From Vicugna vicugna (lineage: Eukaryota): a stretch of DNA of 64,000 nt. The translations under genes and the position numbers were made by a program. Location of the stretch: positions 4,227,308 through 4,291,307 of the forward strand of contig MU061578.1 of the NCBI GenBank assembly GCA_013265495.1, written 5' to 3'. The notes under the pieces were generated by a model, which did no database searches, was not told the origin of the DNA, and saw only the letters and a program-made list of their open reading frames with translations. This document shows, one piece after another, positions 26,701 to 38,700 of the stretch; the stretch's first letter is position 1; each line of letters begins with the position of its first letter.

Positions 26701-29700
26701 CGTTCTCTGAGATCACAGGAGGGGAGCATGGGGGGGATGCATGGCACGAGGGAGCCTGGAAGCACCGAGCTGCAGTTCTGTACTTGGGCAACGGTCTTGA
26801 GGGCTGAGAGTGGATGTAAAAGGATACCACGGTTGCAGGGTGGTGGCTACAGTATCTCTCCCTCTTCCCCTGGAGACCCCTTTTCTTTCCTCTCCTACCA
26901 TCTCCCTGATTTGTGTCTAATTTACGCACAGGGTACCACTAGGTCTGGATTGTTCTCTATTTGCATGTTGTTTTTTTAGATTCAGGTAAAATTCACATAA
27001 TACAGAATTAACAGTGAGCCCTTGTGAGGGGCCCAGTCAAGGGCGCTGGGTACCTGTACAGTGTTGTACAACTGTGACCCCAACCTAGTTCCAGAAATTT
27101 TCATCTCCCCAAAAGGAATCGCTACGCCCACTGAATGCTCACTCCCCATCCTCCTCCTCTCCCTCTCCCAGCCACCGCCAGTCTTTCTGTCCCTATAGAT
27201 TGGCCTGTTCTGGACATTTCACGTAAATAGGATCATACACTAGTCCTTTCTGTCTGGTCTCTCTCTCTGAGCGTCATGGTTTTGTCCATGCTGTACTCAG
27301 TGTCAGGACTTCACTCCTTTGGATGTATTTTTATTTCCTTGGGTTTAATTATGGTTAGATCCACCCTTCTTGAATCCAAAAGGAACTTTGTAGAAGAGGA
27401 TGGTGGGTGGTACCAAGGCCTATGTCCTAGTTGAGACCTGGTACTGTAAAGGGCACACGGGATCTTTTCTTATCTTTTCTTGCAGCTTCACATGGGTCTC
27501 CAGTTATCTCAATTTAAAGGATTAGGTTTTAAGAAAAGGAGCCAGTGGCTCTCCTGGGACATCATTGGTGCCCCTTCCAAAATCCCATGGCATCGTCTTG
27601 CTGCTGCAGCCCCTGGGACCTCTTGAGAAGGTTCCCTCCTCATGTCTGAGCCTCCCATTTCCTGTCTTGTTTCTATGTAGGATGATCGTGGAGCTCCATC
27701 GAAAAGTCTCCAGCCTCATCGAATTCTTAAAGCAGAAGTGGGCACTTCATGAAGTGAGAATTGTATCTTTTTCTTACTAAAGCAAGCCCTCCCCCAACTC
27801 TGCAGCACCCTGCTGCCTGAGTGTAGGATCTCCCTTTTTGATCCTGGGATTGCAGTGGGGCCCATGGGGCAGAGCAGCTTGCTATGAGATGATGTAGAAT
27901 GGCTGGTTGTCCTCTGGGTTTTGGGTCTGAGGCCACTTTCGACCTCCCTGCAGCGTTAGACCTCTGTCCACCGGCCCTCCATGGTGTAAGTGGCTGCTGT
28001 CTGGCCCTTGGAGTATGGCCAGAGCATCCCTGCCAACAGGTTGAACGAAATGACCAGGGGCAGCCCCAGACCTAACATCTTTGTGGCCTTGGCTTGCAGC
28101 CCTGCCCAGTCCCCAATTAGGAGTGCGAGTGTTGATGGTGAAGTCCCCAAGGACAGTGGGCCTGGTGGGGGGGCGTGTGCTGCTGCGGATGGTTCCTTAA
28201 CGTGTGCTCAGCGGAAGACTTTGGAGGAGCGGCAGCTACAGGACTCATTCTCGGAGCCGTCACAGGAGAAGGTGGCACTGCACCTGTTCCCGGGAGAGAA
28301 CTGCACGGTGACACCGCTTCCAGGCGTAGCCCGAGTGGTGCACTCAAAGGCCTTCTGCACCGTGCACTGGCAGGAGGGTGGCCGGTGCAAACAGAGCGCC
28401 AAGGACACCCACACGCTGCCTCCCGCCCAGATCCTAGGCATCCAGAGTGGGCAGGGCACAGCCCGGGGCCAGCTGAAATGCCCGCGGGGTGGCGCTGAGG
28501 GCAAGGGCGGGGGCCGACCCCCTCCCTCAGCCGATGCCTCACAGAGCTCTGGGGAGAGTTCCCCTGAAAGTGGCCCTGGGGAGGGGGCCGCCCCGAGTTT
28601 GAGCAGCCCGGATGCTCCCGACAGGCTTCCCCCTGGACTCCAGGACACTGGGGGACGGCTTGAAAAGACCCCTGTGGCCAGTCTTGCAGAGGGTGTGGAC
28701 GGCCCTTCTGGGGAGCCTGGAGCCCTGGCATGTGCCTGCAGCCAGCTCCCAGAGCTGGAGGATGAGCTGTCCCTCCTCGACCCCTTCCCCCGCTACATGA
28801 AGTCTTGTCAGGACCTCATCATCCCTGACCAGTGCCGCTGTGCAGACCTGCGGCCCTCAGGGTGTGCCTCCCCAGAGACTCGTGTCCCAAGCGGCACAGA
28901 GGTGGCTGACCTCGCCCGGGCCAGGGCGTTGTCCCCTGTCCGCATCCCACCCGGCCCAGAGCCTCAGCCCAGCCCCGGGCTCCAGCCGGATCTTTGCACT
29001 AAAGACTTGGCAGACGCGCCTGTGGAGGAGCCCCAGGAGAAAGTGAGCCCCGCGGACCCCCCACCACCTCAGGGTCAGCCTGCTGCCAAGCTGCCGAAGG
29101 ACGTCCCCGCCAGCCGGCTCGCCCAGCAGCTCCGCGAGGAGGGCTGGAACCTGCAGACCTCTGAAAGCCTTACGCTGGCCGAAGTCTACCTCATGATGGG
29201 CAAGCCCAATAAGCTGCAGCTGGAGTACGACTGGCTGGCAGTGCTGGGCCCTGAGGGCCAGGCCAACGGCGGGCAGGCCCAGGGCCCACGAGCCGGCTCC
29301 CCACCTGCTGCCTTCCACAAGCAGCGCCTCCTCAGCTGCCTCCTGAAGCTCATCTCCACTGAGGTCAACCCCAGGCTCGTAAGTGTGGGTGGGGGCCCTC
29401 CAGGGGCTCACAGCTGGGGGTCCAGAGAGGAGAGACCAGCCTTGTGGCGGGCGCCCAGGGGCCCCACTTTTCACTCCCTGGCATAGGCTGCACAGAGCAT
29501 GTGGTCAGGCCCTGGTTCCCTGCAGGTGTGGGTTCTGGTCCTGTGGGACTCAATCTCCAAAGATAACCACCAGACCACACCTTACCGCGCTCTGGTGATT
29601 CCACTGAGCCTGAGCGTTCAGGCAGAGGGACAGAGGTACAGAGGCATGGTGGCAACCGTGGCTGGGAGCTGAGCTGGGGTGGGCTTTGTCTAGCATAGGA

Positions 29701-32700
29701 ACGTTGCTGCCTTCAGCAGATGGAACGACAAGGCTGAGTGCACACTTTGGAAAGGCCGTTCTGGGAGGACGGCAGTGGCACAGCCTTGATACGGGGAGTG
29801 GAGCTGGGAGGGACAGACAGGACACTGAGGCTGTGGGCAGCACAGTGTGGGGCTGTGCCCAGGAGACCTCCGCGGGCAGCTGTCCAGGAGGCAGCTGGTT
29901 GGAATGGTCCGGGGCTCCTCAGGAGGCTTTGGGCCTTGAGGTGCCAGAGCCCAGGCAGTGGCTGTGATGGCCCCAGGAAAGGGCACCATGCCAGGTGGGC
30001 CCAGCCACAGCCTGTGACCCCCTACCTGGGGAGGTGGCCAGCAGAGCCCGTAAGTGGGGCCAAAGGTGCTATGACCAGAAGGTCTAGTTAACTCCCCTGG
30101 CATGAGAGCAACGTTCTGAGGCAGACGGGGCTGGAAGTACAGCCCTTGTGTCATAAGGTGGCGGCTCATAGCCTCCGGGAGGAGGGGCTGGTGGAGCTCA
30201 TCGTGGCAGCTTCACAGAAATTGGGCTCAGGTCACATTCAGAACCAAATGCTCCCACTTCTCCCTGGCAGACAGCATGCAGCCTGCACTTGTTCTGCCAC
30301 TGTTTCTGGGAGCGTCTCCCACTGGACTCCTGTCTGCTGTCTCCCGGCAGTGCTCAGCAGAGCACTCGGTGGGTGAACGGGCATCATGTGAGACACGGCC
30401 CTGGCAGGGCCCGCAGTGGACTTCTTGGCCCACAGGCAGGTGTGGGTAATACTGTAATGACTGGAAAGAGACGATGAGGTTAGAAAACTTTTTCAAGTTT
30501 GGCTTTTGGGGGAGGTCAGGAGAGGATACTGGGGAGATGGGAGCAGGTCCAGGACCCTAGGGAAGGAGGTCAGGCCAGGCTGGCTCCCGAGAAGGCAGCA
30601 GTTCCAGAACACAGCAAGGTACTGGCCTTGGCCTCACCTGAGAGAGGAGAGCAGAGCAGGTTGGACATGTCATCGTAGAGAATGTGAAACAGGGCACTCA
30701 GAGCTGTGGTTCCCAAAGTAGGGTCCCCAGCCAGTAGCCCGAGTGTCACCTGGGAACTTGTCAGAGATGCAGGTTCTTGAGGCCCAGGAAACCATGTTTT
30801 GACACCCTATGATTCTGATGCAGCTCAGGTATGAGAATTGCTGGCTAGAGACCCTGTCATAGACTGGGGACCTTGAATTAGAGATCGCCTGCTTGGCCCT
30901 GCAGCCCCTCCTGTGGTTTCTCTGTGGGGCAGGGCTCTGACAGATGAGGGCTGTGGGCAGCTGGGCCCCAGAAGACTGCTGGGCACTCAGGTGGGAGGTT
31001 AGGTATTGAGACCGAATGAACTAAGTAGGAGGAGACATGGGCAGGGGTCCTGGATGGGAGAAGGTGGGTCAGGACTGGGCCAGAGGGCCGTGGGAGGCAC
31101 AGGAGCAGGTGCAGAGCAGACGGGGCTGGGCCTAGAGCTTGGGGAGTGAGTTCTGTCACTTGGGAGCCCCAGAGAGGTGTCTGGTGTGGGTGTGAGGGGA
31201 GCGGGGAGGCTGGGCGGTGATGTGGCTGAGAACAGAGGTGAGGGAAGGGCTGGCTCTGTGGTGGGGCCGTGGCCTCAGACAGGGCTGACAAAACCCCTGA
31301 GGTTAGGATTTTGACTCAGCAGAGGGCTCTTTGGCTGTGACTGTGTTTGAATTTAGGAATTAAATCTGTATTTCCTCCCTCTGACTCAAAGTCAGAGGAG
31401 GCTTTAATAAGGCGAGTCAGTGTCGCTTGCCGTCCAGTGTCCCTCCCGTCACCCTACGACGGTGAGGCTTATCTGAGCCGCTGAGGCCGTTAAGGCAGAA
31501 GGCGCTCGGAGCACAATGCTGGTGTCCCTGAGTGCTGCTGGCCTGGTGGCTTCTAACCAGCCCGCTCCCTAGTGCCCTGGGGATGCTGACCTGCACAGCC
31601 CAGGCATGGTCTCCAGGCCCCTTGCTGTCCCTCCATATTCGAGGGTGTCTCCATGCCTCCTGCTTGGGGTGCGCCGTCTGGAAGCATCATTCATGTGCTG
31701 AGTTTGGCTGATGTTTTGGCCCATTTCTGTCTCAGGCTCCTGAAGCAAACACTGGCTCCATGGCCTCAGCAAGGCCAGCCCAGGAGGAGCCATCGACAAC
31801 CCCCCCGGGGAAAGTGGTGACCGTCAGCTCCCGGAGCCCACGCTGCCCTCGAAACCAGGCTGCCCTCCGCCATGGCAAGACCTTCTCTTCAAGCTCCGCA
31901 CCCTGCTCCTCAGGTGAGGCTCGGGTGGCCATGCTCAGGCAACCATCTTGCACCCTTGCTGGGCGTTGGGGGCCACACAGAGCTGAGGGCCCAGGAGTGC
32001 CTGGGGTCTGGCTCAACCCAGTTGGCCACAGTCTGGTGGACGGTGTGCAGGTACAGAGCTACCACTTCCTCGTAGGAAGTACAGGGCCTGTAACAGAAGG
32101 CTTTTGGGTCCTGGGGTGCAGGAGCTGACTGGAAACATGGGGGACCCTTGCCTGTCTGGTCACTTGGGGCACCTTGCTTTGTGCAGTCAGCAGAAGCCTC
32201 CAGGTCACACTGAGTTGGTGTCTTAAAGTCTGAGAAAGGTTGATTCTTTCTGAGTCTGACTGAGACTGTTTTCCTTTACATTGGAGTATTGGCATAACAA
32301 AACCAGCAGTTCAGGGATCCCCAGTTGTTGAACACAAGTCTTGAGAAGAAAGATGGGCTCACCTGCTGGTCCACAGTTTTATCTGAGAAGTAATTTAAAT
32401 TCAGGGCCTTACTGGATTACATGGCACCTAAAACCTGGGATAAATATGACCTGTTCCTGTATCAGTTTCCTTGCTTAGTGTTTTTTTCTTCATAAAACAA
32501 ATTATCATGGCCAGACTCATGAATTCTGCATGAATTTTAAGGAATAAGAAATGTGCATGTTCTGGGGTCCTGCCCCTCCATGCCCCAAACATGAGTCTGT
32601 GGTGGTGCATCTGAGCCCTGCTCTTCTTCACCCAGCACAGCCCTGCAGCTCCTCCCCAGAGGGACCTGAGAGACGGGGGCAGGACCACGGGGCTGGGGAC

Positions 32701-35700
32701 TGGTGCGTTTCTTTGTGTCCTGTTCCCCGAAGGCCCCCACACCAGGCAATCAGGGCGTCATTACTGCCTCCATGGCGGGATGTTCTTGCTTCAGAACCAT
32801 GTCCATCCTAGTGCCTTAAATGTCCCACACTGGACAGGGCATCTCTGGTAGTAACCCATGTGTGTCATCTGAGAAGCCATCCACTTCTGTTTACTCTGAT
32901 CTTGACAAGTGCCCCCAAAACTTGTAGCAGCTGTTTAGCTAAACAGACCTAGTGTCCTGGTGTGTTGACAGTTCTCTGGGGTTATTTTCAGTTTGGAGGA
33001 TGTCATGAGCTTTGTGTTTGCTCTTACTGTGTTTTAAGTAGCCTGCCTGTAAAATGCTTAAGAATTCTGTTTCCTCAAGAACACTTGGCGGTGGCTTTTG
33101 AAAAAACCAAGGCTGCCATGGTGTCGGGCTCCCTACCTTCTGCACTTACCTTCTGTTTCCCTCCTCACCTTTATCCTATTTCCTTGCTGTGGCTCATGAG
33201 GAGGGCGGCAGCAAACTGTGAGTCAGTTGTCCTTATAGGTGAAGGCACGTTAATCAAACGTTGGTCGATGATAGGGCTGGCTGGTGGGTTGTATAGTCTT
33301 TTCCTGCCTTCCCTTCTGGATTTAAATTTTTGTGACTCTGAACTCTTCAATATCCACACTCTTTCTCTCAGTTGAGGATGCTTCTAGCCAGGGCACCTGC
33401 AACGCTAGAGTCCAGACTGGTGTTTAGAAGACCTGGTGTCTGGACTGTATGTCGATTTAATCACAAGGATTTACACATAAAGAATAAAGAAAGGGGACCT
33501 GTCCCTACCAAGAAGTGAGGGTGCTCTGCTGCAGCACCTCTGATGATGAAAAGAACGAGCAGAGTCCCCAAATAGCAGTTCCTGGATAAACAGTTCTGTC
33601 CTTATATCTCTGGGTCTGTTTTCTGTACAATCAGAGACAGAGACCAAGGATCAGCAAACCGTGGTCCCCAGCCTGCTCATCATAAAGAAAGGTTTTGTGG
33701 TTCTTTGTGGTTCACAGCCACGCTCACTGGCTACCACGTGGTCCGTGGCTGCTGCAGTGCTTGCAGCCGCAGAGCTGAGTTCAACAGAGACCGTGAGGCC
33801 CTCGAGGCTGCTGTTTGGTATCTGGCACTGTCCAGAGAACGTGTGCTGACCTCTGGTCTGCAGTAGAGGATCTAGAAGGTTTTCCTAGCTCTGAAAAGTC
33901 TTCAAGGGTGAATATCCCCTTCCCACTGAGGATCAAACAAAGTGGTAAAGTGCTTTATCTTCTCAAGGAAAGTCACGATCTGCTCATAGTGGGAACTAGA
34001 ATTCCAGGGAGAAAGAAAAGCAGATGTTTATGGGACTATGATACAGGAAATTCCTTTCAAGGAAACCCGAGAGGTTGTTGGGAACTCCTTTCTGATTTTC
34101 TTCTCCAGAGAATTCCCTTTGCCTCGGAGACGTTGCCGGGGGAGTGGAGTTGTGCTCATCCTCCCTTCTCCTCTAGGTTTGAGAAACCCTCCAAGACACC
34201 TCCTGGTGGCTGGTCCCTCTAGTACGGGAGGCAGTGACGCAGATGGGGGCCTTTTTGCCGTCCCCACAACTTTGCCACCCAACAGCCGACACGGGAAGCT
34301 CTTCTCTCCCAGCAAAGACACAGAATTGACTTTCCGTCAGCATCTGAACTCCATCAGTGTAAGTGCGGCGCCTCAAGGCCCTGTTAGCTGGGGCTGTCCT
34401 GTGTGGGCCAAGAAAACTCTCTCAGGGGTCGTGCGCTGTTTTCCTTACAGATGCAGTCGGATTTCTTCTTGCCAAAGCCCAGAAAGTTGCGGAACCGGCA
34501 CCTGCGGAAGCCGTTGGTGGTCCAGGTCAGGAATCCTGTCCAGGCCCGGGTGCGCCCGACCTCATGGGGCCTTTGTGCCCGGCCTCTCCCCGCCTTCCCA
34601 ATGGCTGAGCTGCCTGGGACACACTGGTTTCCTCCCATGTCTCAGATCCCTGCCCCTCCCTCCTTCTCACGCATAGGGTAAATGAAGTAGTAACAATGAC
34701 CCAAAAGGTACCTGAAAATAATCTTTGCACAGCATGAAAATCGTTTGCACGAAAGACAGAAAGTTCTAGAGATTCGAGTTCCAAGAATGTCCCAGATTGG
34801 GATATATTTGAGGGCTCTCAGAATATCTGTTTATAAATATGTGGTCAATAGAAGCAGTTGGCAAGGTATGTGGATTGGCCACAGGCCAAGCCTCTCCCGA
34901 GCTCACAGTGAATGCTGGGAGGCTCCGTGGGGGCCATCTGCAGACCCGGCGGGAAGAGGCAGGGAGTAAGAGGCACGTGAGAGAGGACATTTTTATTAGG
35001 AGGTAAAAAGATAAAAGAGGTAAAGCTGAAATTCTGAAATAACCATGGGCTCAAAATTTCTTGAATGTTTTTGGATTAATGCATAGGCCTCTTTCTGTTA
35101 GACTCAGAAATCTCTTCCTCTCTTGACATTAATTTATTTGGAAATGAGAGATTGCACGACAGATCTTAGGAAGAAGATAAATAGATAAATTCTAAATCCC
35201 AAATATTTTTTGAGCAGGCTATTTTAACATTATGGCATTTAATTTTAGCGTATTTGGTTAAATATGTTAGCTCCCGGCCCGGAACACGAGAGGACACCCC
35301 CTGGCTGAGAGGAAGCTTGTGGCTGTTTGGTCGGGGGTCACAGCCAGGGTGCCCTCGTGGCCAGTTGCCATTTTGTTTTGTTTTTAAACAGCTGTTCTGA
35401 TACGTAATTCACAGATCGTGAAGCTTGCCTAGGTCAAGTGGACAGTTAGTGGTTTTTAGTACGTTCACAAGATTGTGCAACCAGCAACACTGTGTAATTC
35501 CTGAACATTTTCATTACCCCAGACAGAAACCCCGACCTGTTACCTGTATCGTCCCTTCTCCCTGCCCTTGGGCCACTTCCTGTCTTTAGGGATTTGCCTC
35601 TTCTGGGCCGTTCACATAAATGGAATCACACAGAATACGTGGTCTTTTCCATTTACGGTCTTTATTAAAAGACTTGTTGGCACAGGTCCAGGGTCCTTCC

Positions 35701-38700
35701 TTTCCGTTTTGTCCATGCTGCTGTCACACCACCAGGGGGACTTAGCTGCAACAGAGACCATGTGGCCCCAGAGCCTGGCCCTTTCAGAAAGGCATGGCGC
35801 TGGCGCCGGGCACCTGCAGCTCCTGACCTTGTTCACAGTCACCCCGCTGGCCTGGCCCCTGAGCAGACCCCATAGCCTCTGCCCAGTGGTGCACCCGAAG
35901 TGGGTGCCTCTGACTCTTCTGGGTGGCAGACACTTTGTCTGTTTTACGTGGATGACTGACAGCTTCAGCAGTTACTGCTGTTTCCTCTTGGATGTCAGCT
36001 GTCGGCACTGTCGAGGGGCTTGAGCACATGGGAACCTAATGGTTCATGCCTGGGCGCCCTGTGCCCGGGAGTGGGAGCAGCAGGAACCAGACGTCGGGTG
36101 GGGCGAGCGCCTCAGGGCCATGGCCCCTCAGTGTTATTTTCTTCACCCAAGTGTGAGGAGGCCCCAGATAAGGGGGTATTTTGTAACAGTCCATATCCAG
36201 TGGTTATCAATGTTTATAAGACTAGTTGCATTCAAGGCAGGTCCACAATGTTCTAGACTAACGGTAGGTCATTCTGACACCCCCGGTTCCCCTGGGAGAG
36301 TTGATCCCCTAAATTCTCTTCAGAGAGGACCCAGTGTTCTGGGTCTGTGTCCATAGAACACAGCCGTCCCCAGACTGTCCCAGGAGCCTTGGATTATCCA
36401 CTGTAGAATCGGAACCCCATCTGGTTACACTCAGTCCCTCTTGTCTAGAACGTTCCTTTATGATCCAGCACTAGTTTCCAAAGTGATTTTTGGTATTCGG
36501 GGGTCTTTTCATCACCTGACTGTTGACAGTTTTCCCTCCGCAGAGAACACTGCTTCCTAGACCATCTGAAAACCAGTCCCACAATGTCTGCTCCTTCTCC
36601 ATCCTGTCGAACTCTTCCGTCACTGGTAAGCACCCAGGGCTTCTCAGGGGCTCCCCAGTCCTCACTCGCATGGCTCCGTCTTTCAAAATGGCAGGCATTT
36701 ATTTCCATGGTTCTTTGAGTGACGTTTCAAGCATCCCTTTGTCCATTCTATCAACACACACTGCATAAACGCCCTGTGCTGGGCCCGGGCTGCAGTGCGG
36801 GCAGGTGAGCCCCTGACAGGTGGTCCGCCAGGCAGCTTCCTTCCAAAGTGGGCTCAGATGGCCCTGTTTGAGATGCTTTGCTCAGTTCAGTTTAGAGGCG
36901 GATCTGTTGTCCATCCTCGGCAAGGTCTTGTCAGGCATTTTACGGGATGGATGTGTTCATGCTTTCATAGCTCTGTAAGCTCAGTGGGGCCCTGGCTCTT
37001 TGAAGTGAGTCTTCTTATATAGTGAGACTCTTTCAGTGAAACATATTCTGTGATTTATCTTTTTAATCAGTCTTCATTTTCACATTTCAGATTTAATTAT
37101 TGCAAGACCCATACAGTTGTCAATTGCTTTTTCTCACACCTACTTTTCAACTACAGAAAACATACCAGGAAAGAGCCAAGTTGCAGAGGCAGAATCCTGA
37201 CACTAAGTCTGGTGCCCTGGCTGCCCCAGAGGAGCCTGTAGTTTAACTCAGGTGCAAGTCACCCTTAAAGGGGCATTCCCATGAGATGACAGTGGTGACC
37301 ACAGCCTTATGGCAGCCCCCAGGAAGCATGGTGGTGCCTCTGTCATGGGTGACAGGGCCTTCTCCCCCTTGGGCCCTGTTAGACCTCTGACTTCTGCAAG
37401 TTAGCGAGCATTGGGATGTTCAGTGGTTTACAACCCAGCTCAGCTGCTGGGACCTGGACCACAGCAATAAAGGAAACCCTCTGTAGCCCCCAGTGTGTAG
37501 CCAAGGGGCTGGGCCTCATGAGGCTGACACATCTGTTTCTGTTCTCGTCCTCACAGGGCGAGGCTCGTTCCGGCCCATCCAGTCCTCCCTGACCAAAGCG
37601 GCGTTGTCTCGGCCAATTGTGCCCAAGGTCCTTCCACCCCAGGCCCCAGGCCACCTTGCCAGTAAGTCTCTTGGCCCAGCATGGTAGCAGACTCCCTGCA
37701 GGGGTTCTGAGTCATGTTTCTGCTTTCCTCTTCTCCAAGCCATGGCATCTCATTTCCCTTCAGAGAGGACATGAAAGCCCTTGGCCTTGCTTGGGAACGA
37801 GGCTTGAGCATGAGTGGTCCCTCTTGGGGCAGGCTTTGGATGTCAGTGGAGCAAAGATTTGAGACATTGCTTCTCTTGCCAGGTGCGATTGATTTAGCGG
37901 CTAAGAGTGCCGGCATCATCCCTGGGAGCCCCCTCCCAGTCTTGGATGCCGAGGGCTTGCCTGGCATCTCTCCCCTGTCTTCAGACGAGGTGACAGCTGC
38001 CGTCTCAGGTCAGGACTCTGCCAGCACCCACCAGAATGGAGACCCCATCCCCGACGTAGGGGTGAGTGTATCTAGAAGGGCTTCACTCTCCAGTCCTGAG
38101 GAGAGCCGAGGCCATTGGGCTGAGGTTGCGCTGGACCGAGTTCTGCCTCTGGAGGGGGTGGGCACTGAACCCAGGACCTTGTGCATGCTAAGCATGCATT
38201 CTACCACTGAGTATACCCTCCCCCCTGAATTGACGGTCTTATGTTTGGGAACTGGCAGGTCCACGTTCTTAAAGCACTGTCCTCACAGAGAGAAGTTTCC
38301 AACCTATATTCCTGTGCTTCTGCCTGTTCAGAGCTGTGGGTGGAGAGGCTCTCTCCTTGGGAGCTTGGTCCCGGCCAGCACTTGGCCAGTTCTGGCAGGT
38401 TGTGTGCCGGCTGCTCACTGGCTCTCCTGGTGTTCTTGCAGGGCACAGGCGACCCGTTCATCAGCGTCCCCTCGAGGCAGGAGCCGGTGGCAGATAGTTT
38501 TCAGGTAGAATGTTCTGTCGGCTGCTGAGCAAAGTGGCTGCCCCAGGACCCTGTCCGGCGCCTGGTCCCCACTCTTCCAGTGGACCCAGGCCGCCGCCTC
38601 CTTGATGCCCAGTGCTGTCCTTCCCGCGCCTGGCCTAGATGTGATCATACATCTCCCATCTCAGGCTTCTCTCCTCCCCTCTGCAAGGCTGGGTGACTGA

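Noticed and set aside
28117..29474. Antisense ORFs of 204 and 205 aa over the large CRAMP1 exon
   Set aside because: Shadow ORFs of a GC-rich coding exon; no independent promoter, splice or homology evidence.
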